A DNA stretch of 64,000 bases, taken from positions 35,742 to 99,741 of the forward strand of contig CAYLZE010000005.1 in the NCBI GenBank assembly GCA_964388035.1, written 5' to 3'. The translations under genes and the position numbers were made by a program. This DNA is from an uncultured archaeon (GTDB lineage: Archaea > Asgardarchaeota > Lokiarchaeia > Sigyniarchaeales > SOKP01). Of the stretch, positions 50,637-62,145 are shown one piece after another. Below the pieces are notes generated by a model. That model searched no databases. It was not told the DNA's origin and saw only the letters and a list, made by a program, of their open reading frames with translations. Positions within the stretch are counted from its first letter, which is position 1, and each line of letters starts with the position of its first letter.

Positions 50637-51117
50637 TTATAGAGAACTCAATATGAAAACTTTTATATGATCTACTAATTTTTCTTCTAAAGAAGGATCG
50701 GGGGGATATCCTATAGCAAGCTCATTTTTGACCTCATTTTCCAAATCTTTCTTTAAATCAGAGGACATTTTGATTGCATCCAACGTGTCGAGATGGACCT
50801 CTCCTTTTTCTTTGAGTATTCTTGTAATAAAAACAGAGATAATGATTTTTATTGTGTCTTCAGAACTTTCAGCTCCTATCACTTAGGGGATCTTGATCAA
50901 ACAGAAACCCTTTATAATAGAAAATGTTGGTATTTCTCCATTTTTGAATTTTGAATTTTAACACGTCTAATACTCCGAGAATGTCTAATGGACTTTTGGC
51001 ATCTTTTAAATTAAAAAAAATGCCTGATTTAATCTCTTCTTCGTATTGTTTTAAGATCTCCCTTAATTTTATAATTAGTTCTTGTTTTGATGAAAAATGA
51101 AGATTATTGTTGCTCAA
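50637..51117 (-). pseudogene. Hypothetical gene apparently split by a frameshift near 50880 (ORFs 50869..51117 and 50637..50882)
   Basis: Two short overlapping co-directional ORFs; junction GAT CCC CTA A GTG ATA GGA. Confidence 0.5.
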
Positions 51118-51428
51118 ATTCGTGATATCTTCTGATATTTTAATTAATCTAACGAATTAATAAATTATATCATCATTAAACAAAAAATGTTATTTTTAAA
51201 TTTTCTTTTTTTTCCCATTTCCATTTATTCTCTATAAATCGTAATAAAACCTATTAAAAATAACAGAAATAGAATTTTAGACTTTCAAGATACTGTAAAA
51301 AATAGAATTAATATAACAACAATGAGAGAGATATTAGTGTCATTTTAATAAATTTACAATAAATAGGAAAAAAAAGCGTTATTATTAGGATTTTATAATA
51401 ATTTAATCTTAAATTTGCATGGATCAAT

Positions 51429-52355
51429 TTAACTATTAATGATTTCTACTATTTTTGGAAAGATACGTGTATAATGAACTGCCATGGAATGAATTCCGGC
51501 AATTAAATTCTTCTTTTTTAACTCGGAAATAAAGGGTTTGAAGAATTCATAATTTAATTGATCATACATGCGATTTTGTTCTTTTTTATCGGTTATATCA
51601 TTTTTCACGCTTTTCCATTTGGCTAAAATATCTTTAGGCACATCTACTCCGGGAACAAAATCATCAAAACCCTTGGCAATAGCATAGCTTTTCATAGGAA
51701 AGACCCCTAATAATATGGGAACTTTATACTTACCTATAGCCTCCAAAAATTCAATGGTTCGATCCAAGTCATAAACGACTTGAGTTTGAATAAATTCTGC
51801 CCCTGCTTCTGCCTTTCTGCCAATTTTAAGCACTTCTGCTTCCATGGGATCAGCATTTGGATTAGCCGCACATCCCACATGTAAGGTCGGAGGGCATTCT
51901 ATTTCGTGCCCGTTGATAGATTTTTTGTCCACCATTTCTCGCACCAATTTTACTAAAGTAGCCGAATCGAGATCAAACACGGGTTTCGATTCAGGCATGT
52001 CTCCTAAAGCAGTATGATCTCCTGTTAAAGAAAGAACATTTTTTATTCCCAAAGCTTGGGCACCCATGATCATTCCGGCAATTCCCAATTTATTCACGTC
52101 TCTCACAGTAAGTTGCCAAATGCATTCTATTCCTGTTTGCTGTTGAATAATGGCCGATGCAGCTAAGGAATTGATAGTTAGGATTGCTAAAGGACTGTCC
52201 GTAACGTTAGCAGCTACTATATAAGGAGCCATTTCTTTTGCTTCTTCAACTGTATGGGATAAATCGCAAGTTTTTTCGGGCTCTAATTCTCCCGTCAATA
52301 TGAATTTTTTACTTTCCAACATTTGACCTAATTTTGAATATGCCATTTTATCCAA
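51429..52355 (-). CDS. metF: Methylenetetrahydrofolate reductase
   Basis: E..P, NVTD.P, RD.N, LTGD, K..AGA.FIQTQ. Confidence 0.9.
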   Translation of the reverse strand: MDKMAYSKLGQMLESKKFILTGELEPEKTCDLSHTVEEAKEMAPYIVAANVTDSPLAILTINSLAASAIIQQQTGIECIWQLTVRDVNKLGIAGMIMGAQALGIKNVLSLTGDHTALGDMPESKPVFDLDSATLVKLVREMVDKKSINGHEIECPPTLHVGCAANPNADPMEAEVLKIGRKAEAGAEFIQTQVVYDLDRTIEFLEAIGKYKVPILLGVFPMKSYAIAKGFDDFVPGVDVPKDILAKWKSVKNDITDKKEQNRMYDQLNYEFFKPFISELKKKNLIAGIHSMAVHYTRIFPKIVEIINS

Positions 52356-52362
52356 TCACCTC

Positions 52363-53034
52363 CTACCTAAAAATAACTTCTTGCTGATGTCCACTTTCGC
52401 TCCAATCTCTCGCATCTCTGAGTTGAGAAAATAGATCAAGCCTTCCTATGCTTTTCAAGCGATTGAAAATTAAAATCCAACCGCAATCTCTTTCATAACC
52501 CCCTACTTCGCATTTACCCTTGACCATTCCTCCACAAGGACCATTCATGAGACTTTTTGCACAAGTTGCAATAGGACATATGCCTCCCGTATAATTAAGC
52601 AAGCAATCGCCACAAGCTCTGCACCGCATGTAAAAGCGTCCGATTCTTTCGGTCATCCCGATGAATTTCGTGTCATTTGAAATCAATACGGGCATATCAG
52701 GATATTTTTTTTGAATTACTTCTATAATAGATTGTACGCCAAGTCCACAACTAAGTGTCAAAATACCGTCAGAAACCTTTAGCTCATCTTCAATTTTTCG
52801 CAAATCTTGTTTCATCACCCGATTATCACAGACATCCTCAGAAACGATCACTGCAGTGACTTCATATCCCTTTTCCTTGAGTTTATTTTCCCACTCTTTT
52901 GCACCTTCCGTACCCCCCGTCTGACAAAGGGCCGCACAAGTTCCACATGAAACAATTGCTATTTTCTTGAGCTTGTAATTTTCAATGGCCTCAAATACTT
53001 CTTCTTCCGGTTTCTTTACTGTTATGACTACCAT
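52363..53034 (-). CDS. metV: Methylenetetrahydrofolate reductase Fe-S subunit
   Basis: C..CA..C.TGG, C..CG.C.L..TGGICP...CAK.L.NGPCGG; upstream of metF. Confidence 0.88.
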   Translation of the reverse strand: MVVITVKKPEEEVFEAIENYKLKKIAIVSCGTCAALCQTGGTEGAKEWENKLKEKGYEVTAVIVSEDVCDNRVMKQDLRKIEDELKVSDGILTLSCGLGVQSIIEVIQKKYPDMPVLISNDTKFIGMTERIGRFYMRCRACGDCLLNYTGGICPIATCAKSLMNGPCGGMVKGKCEVGGYERDCGWILIFNRLKSIGRLDLFSQLRDARDWSESGHQQEVIFR

Positions 53035-53723
53035 TTTTTAATTCCCTCTTAAAATTGATAGATAAGATTATTATGTAATGAAATTGTAAAACTGATATAT
53101 AGTTTATCTTTTTTTGTAGATTTTGTGACCAAGTCTCGTACTATTCATGACAGTTTTTTTTGTTGAATAGACAAAATTAGTTGTGATTCGTTTCAAAATA
53201 ATAAAAAAGGATGAAAATAAAAACTAACGTGATCGTTTTTAGGTATGGAAACGTCTAGTTTCCGAAATGCAAAGTTTAACAATAGTTATGAAAGCAATAA
53301 TCTCTTTCGAATATCAATATTTTTAATTATCAAGGACCCTAATCTAATTATTAAAAGTAAAGCATTATTGAAAAGGATAAGTGGAATATTTAAAAAGTAG
53401 TTAGTTTTTAAATGATCCTTTGAGCATATTAGTTTGAACCAAAGAGTAGTACAAATAAGAGAGCACCCTAATGTAATATATTAATTTTTCCCTGCATTCT
53501 CAACTTACGTTCAAGAATCTTTTCTGATGCATCGCCTAAAAAGTTATACTTCCCTGGGATTATGATTATTCATTTTGTTGAAAATGTAATCTTTTCTCTT
53601 GGAAAGATATCATGTAAATTAAGCTTCTAAAATAAATGATACAACTTTAAAAAATACATATCTTAAATTAACCTATTATATTAAAAAGTAGAAAAAAAAT
53701 AATTTTTCATTGTAAATTTAAAC

Positions 53724-55220
53724 TTAAATTGAAATTCCTAACATTCCCGGTAAAATCTTGCTTAATGGAACAGCTAACCCGCCTAAAAGCGAAAATACAG
53801 AAGAAAGTTTTTTCAATTTGGTTTTCATGTCCTTTGTCACGAGGACAACTCTGGTTTTCCCTTCGATTATAACACCCTCTTCCGACTCGAGATATATCTG
53901 AATGGTTTGCTCACCTAGTTCTCTTGGTTCTAAGGTTAACCATATAGTATCTCCATTTTCTAGCATGCTTGAAAGAACATTAACAATATCAGTTCCTCCT
54001 TGAGATATTAAGGGAATGGGTTTACTTGGAATTTCAAAAGAACCCCTACCTTCCACCTCGATGTCTAACGTGAATTGCCGTGGAGCAAACCCCGGGGCAG
54101 CAACTTTTAATCGATATCTTTTAGCGGCAGGAGCGTTATTATAGAAAAAGATCATCAAGTTCAACTCACCATTAGCAAAAACCACTTCTTGGGCAGAAGA
54201 ATCCATGTATATCGGATCTTTCGAGATCCGTGAGATATTATCAGCTAGTTCCAGCTGTAACCTGTCAATTATGGTGAAAAATCCCGGGTTATATTGTTTT
54301 ATATAATCGAATATCTTGAATACATCTTCAGTCGAGAAGTACCATGCACCTTCCACCAAAAATCCCTTATTCACATCAAAAGTTTCCGCTTTAGTATTAA
54401 TGATTTCACTCATTTCTTTAAGAAATAGCTCATCATCCAAAACTTCTTGATATTTTAAATAGTACAAGAAGAGTAGGGACTCCATCGCAAAAGTAATGGG
54501 TAGTTCATCTTCTTCCATTTCTTTTACATGACTAACGAAAGCCGGATTCAATATTTTGTTAATTTCTTCCAGATATTCATCCCATTTTAAAAATGTCACC
54601 GGATCTAAGTGATTGGAAAAGATTTCAGAAAAAAAGTTATCTAGGAAAATTTGATGGGTGGTGGGTTTAAAGAAATCCTGCAGGCCATTTACATCGTGAA
54701 TGTGTAAATTCAAGCTCCGAATAAGGATGGCTAAAGCTAACCCTACAAGGGCAAATCCTGCAGCCGCAAAACCAACATCTAAATTCCCAATAGCAAGCAT
54801 GACGATGAATAAAATGATTGCAACAAAGCAAATTAGAGAGATGAGTTTAAGTAAATTAATCACTTTTTTTACATTACTTTCAAGGAGTTCAAATCCATCC
54901 AAACTATCAATGGGTCTCCCTCGTTTTCTTTCAAAATTCAATCGCATTTTTAGAGAAGTTTCCGTGAGACTAGCACCAAGCAATAACATGACGGAATTAA
55001 ATGCATAAATGATTAATACTATATAGAAAATTATCGTGAGGGTTAAGTCTAATGTTGTTACGATAGTTAGAATGGTGACAACGACCAGAACAAGAGGTAG
55101 CACGAAAAGGAGAATCTTTCCAAAGCTTGTTATGTAATTGGTGAGCTGACCCTGCGTTTTTTCTTTCTTCAATATTTTTGCCAAAAAGTCTTGTAATAAT
55201 TTTTCCATGGAAATCAACAA
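53724..55220 (-). CDS. Hypothetical membrane protein (4 N-terminal TM, soluble domain, C-terminal hydrophobic tail)
   Basis: Long ORF; hydropathy pattern. Confidence 0.75.
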   Translation of the reverse strand: MLISMEKLLQDFLAKILKKEKTQGQLTNYITSFGKILLFVLPLVLVVVTILTIVTTLDLTLTIIFYIVLIIYAFNSVMLLLGASLTETSLKMRLNFERKRGRPIDSLDGFELLESNVKKVINLLKLISLICFVAIILFIVMLAIGNLDVGFAAAGFALVGLALAILIRSLNLHIHDVNGLQDFFKPTTHQIFLDNFFSEIFSNHLDPVTFLKWDEYLEEINKILNPAFVSHVKEMEEDELPITFAMESLLFLYYLKYQEVLDDELFLKEMSEIINTKAETFDVNKGFLVEGAWYFSTEDVFKIFDYIKQYNPGFFTIIDRLQLELADNISRISKDPIYMDSSAQEVVFANGELNLMIFFYNNAPAAKRYRLKVAAPGFAPRQFTLDIEVEGRGSFEIPSKPIPLISQGGTDIVNVLSSMLENGDTIWLTLEPRELGEQTIQIYLESEEGVIIEGKTRVVLVTKDMKTKLKKLSSVFSLLGGLAVPLSKILPGMLGISI

Positions 55221-55761
55221 TTATAGTTGTTAAATATTCAATCGTGTTCTCTTATTTATTTTTATGTATCTTTGATCTAACGAGGTATTTAAAATGAAAA
55301 AATGAATATAGTTAGCAGCTTAGCTTGAAATCATCAATTTTTTTTTGAAAAATGACGAAAAGAAATAATTTATATAGAATCATTAATTTTTTTATTTAAA
55401 AATATTGGATCTTGATCTTTTTTCTTTCATTTTTTTATTGATCTGATAACTTTTTCATTCCTTCTCTCTTAAAAAAGTAATGAAAAAGGAACACAATATC
55501 CAGATTTCTCCAAATTTCGTTACTTCTACTTTTGAAAAAGTAATAAAATTAGCATCTTTTGATGCTTTTATGAGGTTTTCCATTTTCGGTCATGGGAGGG
55601 GTGAAAAAAGGCGTACTTTCAATTATATTAATAATATCCATCCTTTTGGCAGAGGAAAATTTCCCATTAGATTTAAATAGGTAGTTGATAATCTTTATAA
55701 TAGAGTAAATTAAAAGAAATAATAAAGTTAAAAAAAGTAAAAAAAAAAGGAGTGATAAAAT

Positions 55762-56094
55762 ATGGAATTATACCAATCCAAAGAAAAATTAGAATTATTA
55801 ACTGATCAAAAAAGAAAAGAATTATACGGTCTAGCAAAAGATGTGAGCAAAGAAACTATTGAAGAAGTATGCCCTGCGCTGCTTCGAGTATGCATGAACG
55901 GTCCTAAAGGAGCTTTAAAAAATGAATTAGGGAGGGTTATCTTTCATTTGCAAAAAAATGAACGCATTTCTACACTAATAGGATTACAAAAATTACTTGA
56001 AGGAGCGTTAATGGTAGATCAAAAAGAAACTTTCGAAATTCTCAACTCATCTGATGCTCAAGATTTAGCGAATAAAATAAAAGCAATTTTATAA
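55762..56094 (+). CDS. Hypothetical protein
   Basis: 110 aa; strong GGAGTGA RBS upstream. Confidence 0.8.
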   Translation: MELYQSKEKLELLTDQKRKELYGLAKDVSKETIEEVCPALLRVCMNGPKGALKNELGRVIFHLQKNERISTLIGLQKLLEGALMVDQKETFEILNSSDAQDLANKIKAIL

Positions 56095-56248
56095 AATCTT
56101 TATCTATTTTTTCTCATTTAAACCTATTTTAGATTAATCATATAAAGGCTTGGTTAATAAAATTTCTCGTTCTTGTTCTATTTTATAAATTAGTTCTCTA
56201 GAATTTCCTATTTCATATTTAGCTTTAAATGAATAATCTCAGATACTG

Positions 56249-56773
56249 CTAGCATTTCAACCTGTTATCTAATCTTGTTCCGCAATTCGGACAGTAGAAA
56301 TTTTTTTCCTCCCATTTTTCGGATGTCATATATTTTTTAAGGAGGTTTTTAAGATTTTCATAGATATTTTCGAGCATGATGTCTTCAATTGAGATTAAAT
56401 TTAATTTCCCTTTTTTATATAAGAGTAATTTTTCTTTTTTTCTGTTAAAATACTGTTTTCCAAAGTATCCCCAATATTCCATGTATACATCATATTCAGA
56501 TAAAAACCAGTCATATTTAACGGGAGAACCATGGATGGTTATCTCTTTTTCATATTCATGTTTAATATTAAAATATGTTAATGCGTTATCAATAATCATT
56601 TCTCCTTTTGAACGTGTAACATGACCGTCCATGCACTTGAATTTAGTAGCCCTTGTAGGGACATACTTTCTTTGCCATTTTTCTAGAATTTTCTTAATAG
56701 AATAATAGAATACGATAAAAAGTAATACACATATAATTCCTCCTATAAAAAAGTATGCGAGATATGTTTCCAT
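56249..56773 (-). CDS. Membrane-anchored PD-(D/E)XK-like protein with C-terminal zinc ribbon
   Basis: TM, DGH..RS..E..IDN.L, YE, D...Y.EYWG, CPNCG; start set at internal METYL. Confidence 0.62.
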   Translation of the reverse strand: METYLAYFFIGGIICVLLFIVFYYSIKKILEKWQRKYVPTRATKFKCMDGHVTRSKGEMIIDNALTYFNIKHEYEKEITIHGSPVKYDWFLSEYDVYMEYWGYFGKQYFNRKKEKLLLYKKGKLNLISIEDIMLENIYENLKNLLKKYMTSEKWEEKNFYCPNCGTRLDNRLKC

Positions 56774-56990
56774 GATAATCAGAATCTTTTTGAGATTAAA
56801 TTCGTAATTAATTACATTAAATTTAGAATCGAGAAAAAGCATATGTTTTATGGGGGAGAGCAAGATTACTGAAAATGTATTTTTAATAAATGGAATAGAT
56901 CCCTTCATGATTATTTCAACATGCTTTAATGATTTGCTTACCGCAAATATGCTTTAAAATAGGAAAAAAAGGTTTATACTTAACAGAATT

Positions 56991-57737
56991 TTATTTAATT
57001 CTCTTGATTAGCCATTCTGGCATGATTAAAGATAAATAGGATAAGAGAAATACTAAGATCGCAAAAATCCATGATATGTAGATAAAGATAGAATATCCTG
57101 TATTACCAAAAAACACGATGGTAACTGTATCAAGGACATTCATTAAAAGATATAAAATCATGCAAATTACAGCCCAAAATAACAAGTTAAGTCCCAATTT
57201 TGCGATTTTTTCGGATGTTTTTTTCTCAACTCTCCTCAAGAGAATTGCCAGATAAACAAAAATTGCCCAAGAGAAGATTACCAGACTTCCTGTAGAATAA
57301 ATGCGAATACTTGGTTGTCCTTGATAATCTGCTTGCGGAACACCCCACCAATTCCAAGGAAGCCAAAGCAGAAGTATTATAATAGAACCCATAATAGCTA
57401 GCGGGATTAAAAGTGCATTGCTCTTCTCTGTCATCTCATTAATAAAAACAACAAATAAGAGATCGACAATTATAATCATTGTATATGCAAAAGGTAAAGA
57501 AAAACGATAAATTTCTTTATAAAATCCCGTTATCACGGCTTCGGCTAATCCGATGGCTAATACTATTAAAGCAAGTGTAAGGCCGATAAAAACAAATGTT
57601 AAATGTAGCGTAGGAGGGGTTTTTCTCTCACGGTATTTGAAATACATTTTCGATGAGATAAACACCCCAAATATGGAAAGGGCTATGTAAGCAAAAAATA
57701 TCGGAAGGATTCTAATTTCAAAAGCATCATAACTCAT
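56991..57737 (-). CDS. Hypothetical 7-TM membrane protein
   Basis: Seven hydrophobic helices; C-terminal MPEWL. Confidence 0.75.
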   Translation of the reverse strand: MSYDAFEIRILPIFFAYIALSIFGVFISSKMYFKYRERKTPPTLHLTFVFIGLTLALIVLAIGLAEAVITGFYKEIYRFSLPFAYTMIIIVDLLFVVFINEMTEKSNALLIPLAIMGSIIILLLWLPWNWWGVPQADYQGQPSIRIYSTGSLVIFSWAIFVYLAILLRRVEKKTSEKIAKLGLNLLFWAVICMILYLLMNVLDTVTIVFFGNTGYSIFIYISWIFAILVFLLSYLSLIMPEWLIKRIK

Positions 57738-57874
57738 AACAATCTATTCATGTTCCTTTACTAAAAAAAAGTTTTCTTTTTAGATAAAAAATCAACTATT
57801 CACTTATATAAAAAATTCGGGGAATAATTTGAACTTTAGACATACAATTGAATTAGAACTTCTTATTTCTCTAA

Positions 57875-58942
57875 TTATTGGTTGATCTTTAGTCCTTTTT
57901 TTGCTAAGTCAAGTACTTCTTTAGGAATATCCAACCAAAAATTAGCTTTAACGTTCAATTTTTTTAAATTGTTTAGATTACCCAAGGAAGAAGGAATATT
58001 TTTTAACTTATTATTATCCAAGTTAAGCACCTCTAAATTTACTAAATTGCAAATCTCCTTGGGGATCTCTAAGAGATCATTTGCACTCAAATTTAATGCC
58101 TTTAAAGAAGATATGGCACAAACTGGGTTTGGGAATTCATTCAGTTGGTTTAATCTTAAATCCAAAACCTCAAGACAAGAAAATAACGCAAATTCTTTTG
58201 GAAGAGCCTTCAACTTATTTCTTCTTAAAAATAATTTCTTAAGGAATTTAAAGCCTTCTATTGGCATTGGTAAGCAATTAATTCGGTTTGAATTTAAATT
58301 AAGAATTAGGAGGGAACTGAATTCCCCAAAATGCGCTGGTAATACTTCTATTTGATTATGATCAAGCCAAAGATCCTTAAGCGAAGGCATGAATGCTAAC
58401 TCTTTAGGAAATCGATGAATTAAATTATGACTTAAATAAAGGAATTTTAAGGAATGTAATGGAATGGTTAATGGGGGTAAAGATTTTAATTTACAATTTG
58501 GAAGGGATATCCCAATTACTTTATTATTATTTTGCAAATACCCTAATTGATTGGGAGCTATTTCTTTAACTTCAGGTATGTTTTTACCTACCTCAATTTC
58601 AAGGATTTTGAGATAATCTTCTTCACTGAATTCAATATCCATGATACCTTTATTTTTTTTGTTTGAAGTTGGTTTATCCCGAGTTTTTATGGGTTCTCCA
58701 CATTTAGGGCAAAATTCTATTTGAGAAGAGCATAAATAACAACAATGGGGACAAGGTACTCGCTTAATGTGATAAATTTGTTCGTCTTTTTTCAGCAGAA
58801 ACACTATATTAAAATTGATAATTGAATTTGTTAGAAAGTCTATATTATCCTTATTGTCTGATGGATATTTAAATTTATAAATAAATCCCTCACTTATAAA
58901 ACGATCATAAAAACAAAAATAATGATTTATTTCCACTCTCAT
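57875..58942 (-). CDS. Leucine-rich repeat protein with N-terminal zinc ribbon
   Basis: CPHC...FCPKCG followed by 23-aa LRRs; start uncertain. Confidence 0.85.
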   Translation of the reverse strand: MRVEINHYFCFYDRFISEGFIYKFKYPSDNKDNIDFLTNSIINFNIVFLLKKDEQIYHIKRVPCPHCCYLCSSQIEFCPKCGEPIKTRDKPTSNKKNKGIMDIEFSEEDYLKILEIEVGKNIPEVKEIAPNQLGYLQNNNKVIGISLPNCKLKSLPPLTIPLHSLKFLYLSHNLIHRFPKELAFMPSLKDLWLDHNQIEVLPAHFGEFSSLLILNLNSNRINCLPMPIEGFKFLKKLFLRRNKLKALPKEFALFSCLEVLDLRLNQLNEFPNPVCAISSLKALNLSANDLLEIPKEICNLVNLEVLNLDNNKLKNIPSSLGNLNNLKKLNVKANFWLDIPKEVLDLAKKGLKINQ

Positions 58943-59253
58943 CTCAAGTTAAATGAATATCATAAATTATTCGGATTTGATAATAAAGGTTGCATGGAGT
59001 CTCTACCTTAAATTTTAGTATTTAATTAACGTGAGATAAAAGATAATAAATAAATCATGATATAGAATTTCTTCTTTTTATCAATTTTTTAGAGGAGTTT
59101 ATATATATTTTTTAGTAGGAATTTTTGCCTAATATATTTAAAATCCATTTTAATGATGACCATATATGTTTTATGAATTTTCAATAGTTAAAGTAAAGTA
59201 CATTAATAAAAGAGGGAATCATCATAAACCAACTTAATTTTGATTTATTTCAA

Positions 59254-60150
59254 TTGGGTGGAAGATTCATTATATGTAAAATTTTTGAAACTCTAATTGA
59301 ACCCAATTTTAAACAACAAAATTTAAAACAATTTTTAATGAATAATCTTCCTAACTTTGCACGAGGAACTATAGAAAATCCAGGAATTGGTTTTAGGCTT
59401 ATAGAAAATTATGATTTACCAAGATATTTTAGAGATGATTTTGACTATGAAGATTTCTTAAATAAATTACTGATAATTGAATATCAATTAGAAATACATA
59501 AATTAATACATTTAAATGGGGAAGATAAACCAACGTTAATAAAGGATTATATAGGATATATATTTTTTATATCTCCCAATCTTTTAATAATTAAGGGTAA
59601 TAAAGAAGATTGTAAAACTATTTTAGATAGTTTTTTTGCAGTTACAAGATTCATATTTCAAAGGATTGAAGTTTTTTCATTTGAATCGGATTTTTTTATA
59701 AAATTAATAGAAAAGTTGTGGTTTAAGCAATTTAAATTTGAAGATGATTTTAGAATTAGTTATTTAATGAAATTAAAGACTTTAACAAATGAAGGTATAA
59801 CTAGAGTTATAGCATATATCGACAATCCTTTTCCAAGATTTTTATCAAGACACGCAGCCCAAGCAATTTTAAATAATTATCAATTCGAGTATTGTAAGTA
59901 TAGACTCATTTTAAAAGATGTATATTTTACTATTGAACTTGATCGTAAAGGTCCTGTTAATATAATGCAGGATTGTGGAGACTTTGTATGGTTTAGTAAA
60001 AATGAGCGAGCAATTCATGGAAGTTATATTATTTATCGTTTGGTAAATTATTTCAATTATTGGAAAAATTTGCCTCCAAATAGTAAAAATATTTCCGAGA
60101 AATTTAAAAACTCTCTCCGAGAATATTTAGATGCTCTAGAAGACGAATAA
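59254..60150 (+). CDS. Hypothetical protein
   Basis: 298-aa open frame, AT-rich. Confidence 0.65.
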   Translation: MGGRFIICKIFETLIEPNFKQQNLKQFLMNNLPNFARGTIENPGIGFRLIENYDLPRYFRDDFDYEDFLNKLLIIEYQLEIHKLIHLNGEDKPTLIKDYIGYIFFISPNLLIIKGNKEDCKTILDSFFAVTRFIFQRIEVFSFESDFFIKLIEKLWFKQFKFEDDFRISYLMKLKTLTNEGITRVIAYIDNPFPRFLSRHAAQAILNNYQFEYCKYRLILKDVYFTIELDRKGPVNIMQDCGDFVWFSKNERAIHGSYIIYRLVNYFNYWKNLPPNSKNISEKFKNSLREYLDALEDE

Positions 60151-60528
60151 AGTTTATTCAAATAGTAATAATTTTTTTTGAAAGTCTTAACAAGATAATC
60201 GTGAAACGGTCCTTTCACGGCAATTCAAGCATATCTAAATAATAATTCCTTATATATATATCATTAAGAGGGAATATTTTTAAAAAGGAGAAAAATATCA
60301 TAGTGCCTAAGTTCTAAATCATTTCAATAGTTAAAGAGGGATAAATAAAATTAATGATATTATTCATTCTTTGAGCATATCGCTACAAGTTAGCAATGAG
60401 GGCTTAATTTCAGTGGTTACTCCTTTTGAAGAAATTCCAAAGATATTATTTATTGAAGTATATTAAGTTATATGAGACATAAATAATATAGACAGAATTA
60501 AAATTCAATCTTAGAATTAGGGTTTCTT

Positions 60529-62031
60529 ATGGATTTAACATTTTATGGCGGCGTGAATGAAATTGGAGGAAATAAAATATTATTACGAAATAATAATACT
60601 AGGATTTTCTTAGATTTTGGCATATCTTATGCTAGAATGAAGGAATATTATGAATTTCCTCTTTTACAGCCAAGTAATAAGGACGATCTATTAAAAACCT
60701 TCCTTATTCCGGATTTAAAAGGCGTGTATCAATACCATACTCATGAGGTCATTTATAATCAAAAAGGTCCCCAGAAGGTTAATCCTCAAAATGAAACCAG
60801 AATCATTGATGCAGTTTTGTTATCACATGCCCACATGGACCATTATGGATACATTGGGCTTCTTAGACAGGATATACCAATTTATACCTCGAGGTTAACT
60901 AAAAGAATCATCCAATTGTATTCTAAAATGGGAAGAAATGAATTCAATGTAATAATTGATCATCTGAATTTGAAAAACATTAAAGAATCTAAGGAATTAT
61001 TAATTAACGATTTGCTCATTAAGCGATTTAATGTAGATCATTCCATTTTGGGGGCTTCAGCTTATTATATCGATGGCGACAAATCAATTGTCTATACGGG
61101 AGATTTTCGGTTACATGGGCTTAAAAAAGAAGTAACTGAAAATTTCCTAAATCAAGTTAAAAAGGAAAGGATAGATTATTTATTATGTGAGGGTACAAGA
61201 CTCGGATTGCTAGATGAGAATGAAGATCAAATTGCTGAAAGCAACATTTTAGATTCAGAAGAAGAAGTTAGAAAAAAATGCATGAACATTATCGATAGTG
61301 AAGAGGATTTGGTAATATATGACGCATCCCAAGCGGATTTGGAACGACTCCGAATCCTCTGGGAAGTTGCTAAGAAAACAGGTCGTGTCTTAGTAGTCGA
61401 TTCTAAAAAAGCCTACTTGCTTCTAAATCTAAATAAGAAGAAGAACATAGTGAAAGGTTTGCCAAAATTAGGAGATTTTAAAATTTTATTAGGAAGATCA
61501 AAATTAAGATCTTCTTCAAAAGCATGTAAGGAATTAACTGCAAGCTGTCCTGGTTTATATCTTGAATGTTTTAAATCGGGGAGGAAATATCATGAAAGGA
61601 TTATGGGGGAGGAGGAAGAAATTTCGGATGATACTTACATTTGGGGTCCACAATTAAGAAAAAAAATATTGGACAAATCAAATGAATATCTCATTTATAC
61701 TTCAAATGGTCCTTTACTTCTCTTACAATGTAAATTAAAGAAAGTACCAATAAAGGGAACTTATATCTATGGAAAGGCAGAACCATTCAATGAAGAAATG
61801 GAATTTACTTTTGAGCGGTTAATGAATTGGTTAAAGTTATGCGAGTTAAACTTAGCATATGCACACACCACGGGACATTGCATGCCCGATGATTTAAAAC
61901 GCGCAATTGAGATAATCAATCCTAAACAAATTATTCCCGTTCATACCCAACATCCTGATTCTTTTAAAGAATTACTTCCAAACAATATTACTCTCATCAA
62001 ACCCGAATTAAATCAGAAAATAATTTTATAA
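60529..62031 (+). CDS. Metallo-beta-lactamase/beta-CASP nuclease (RNase J-like), copy 1
   Basis: GGVNEIGGN, LDFG, SHAHMDH, VDHS, YTGDFR.HG, EGT, HTTGH, P.H. Confidence 0.88.
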   Translation: MDLTFYGGVNEIGGNKILLRNNNTRIFLDFGISYARMKEYYEFPLLQPSNKDDLLKTFLIPDLKGVYQYHTHEVIYNQKGPQKVNPQNETRIIDAVLLSHAHMDHYGYIGLLRQDIPIYTSRLTKRIIQLYSKMGRNEFNVIIDHLNLKNIKESKELLINDLLIKRFNVDHSILGASAYYIDGDKSIVYTGDFRLHGLKKEVTENFLNQVKKERIDYLLCEGTRLGLLDENEDQIAESNILDSEEEVRKKCMNIIDSEEDLVIYDASQADLERLRILWEVAKKTGRVLVVDSKKAYLLLNLNKKKNIVKGLPKLGDFKILLGRSKLRSSSKACKELTASCPGLYLECFKSGRKYHERIMGEEEEISDDTYIWGPQLRKKILDKSNEYLIYTSNGPLLLLQCKLKKVPIKGTYIYGKAEPFNEEMEFTFERLMNWLKLCELNLAYAHTTGHCMPDDLKRAIEIINPKQIIPVHTQHPDSFKELLPNNITLIKPELNQKIIL

Positions 62032-62145
62032 ACATATTTAAAAACATTTCAAACTAGGTAGTAAGTGAAAATTTCTATCAAGTAAACTAATAAAAAAGAC
62101 AAATAATCTAAATAAATTCAAAATTGCTATCATGGGGCGATATCT

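Noticed and set aside
56991-57737. Rhodopsin or GPCR
   Set aside because: Seven TM segments but no retinal-binding Lys in helix 7 and no recognisable GPCR motifs.
810-58355. Many antisense or overlapping short ORFs in the track (e.g. 5554..6087, 8762..9490, 23562..24110, 57882..58355)
   Set aside because: Shadows of well-supported genes on the opposite strand, with no recognisable motifs.
60199-60218. Hairpin CGTGAAA-CGGTCC-TTTCACG as an ncRNA
   Set aside because: A single short stem after a stop codon; at most a terminator or operator.
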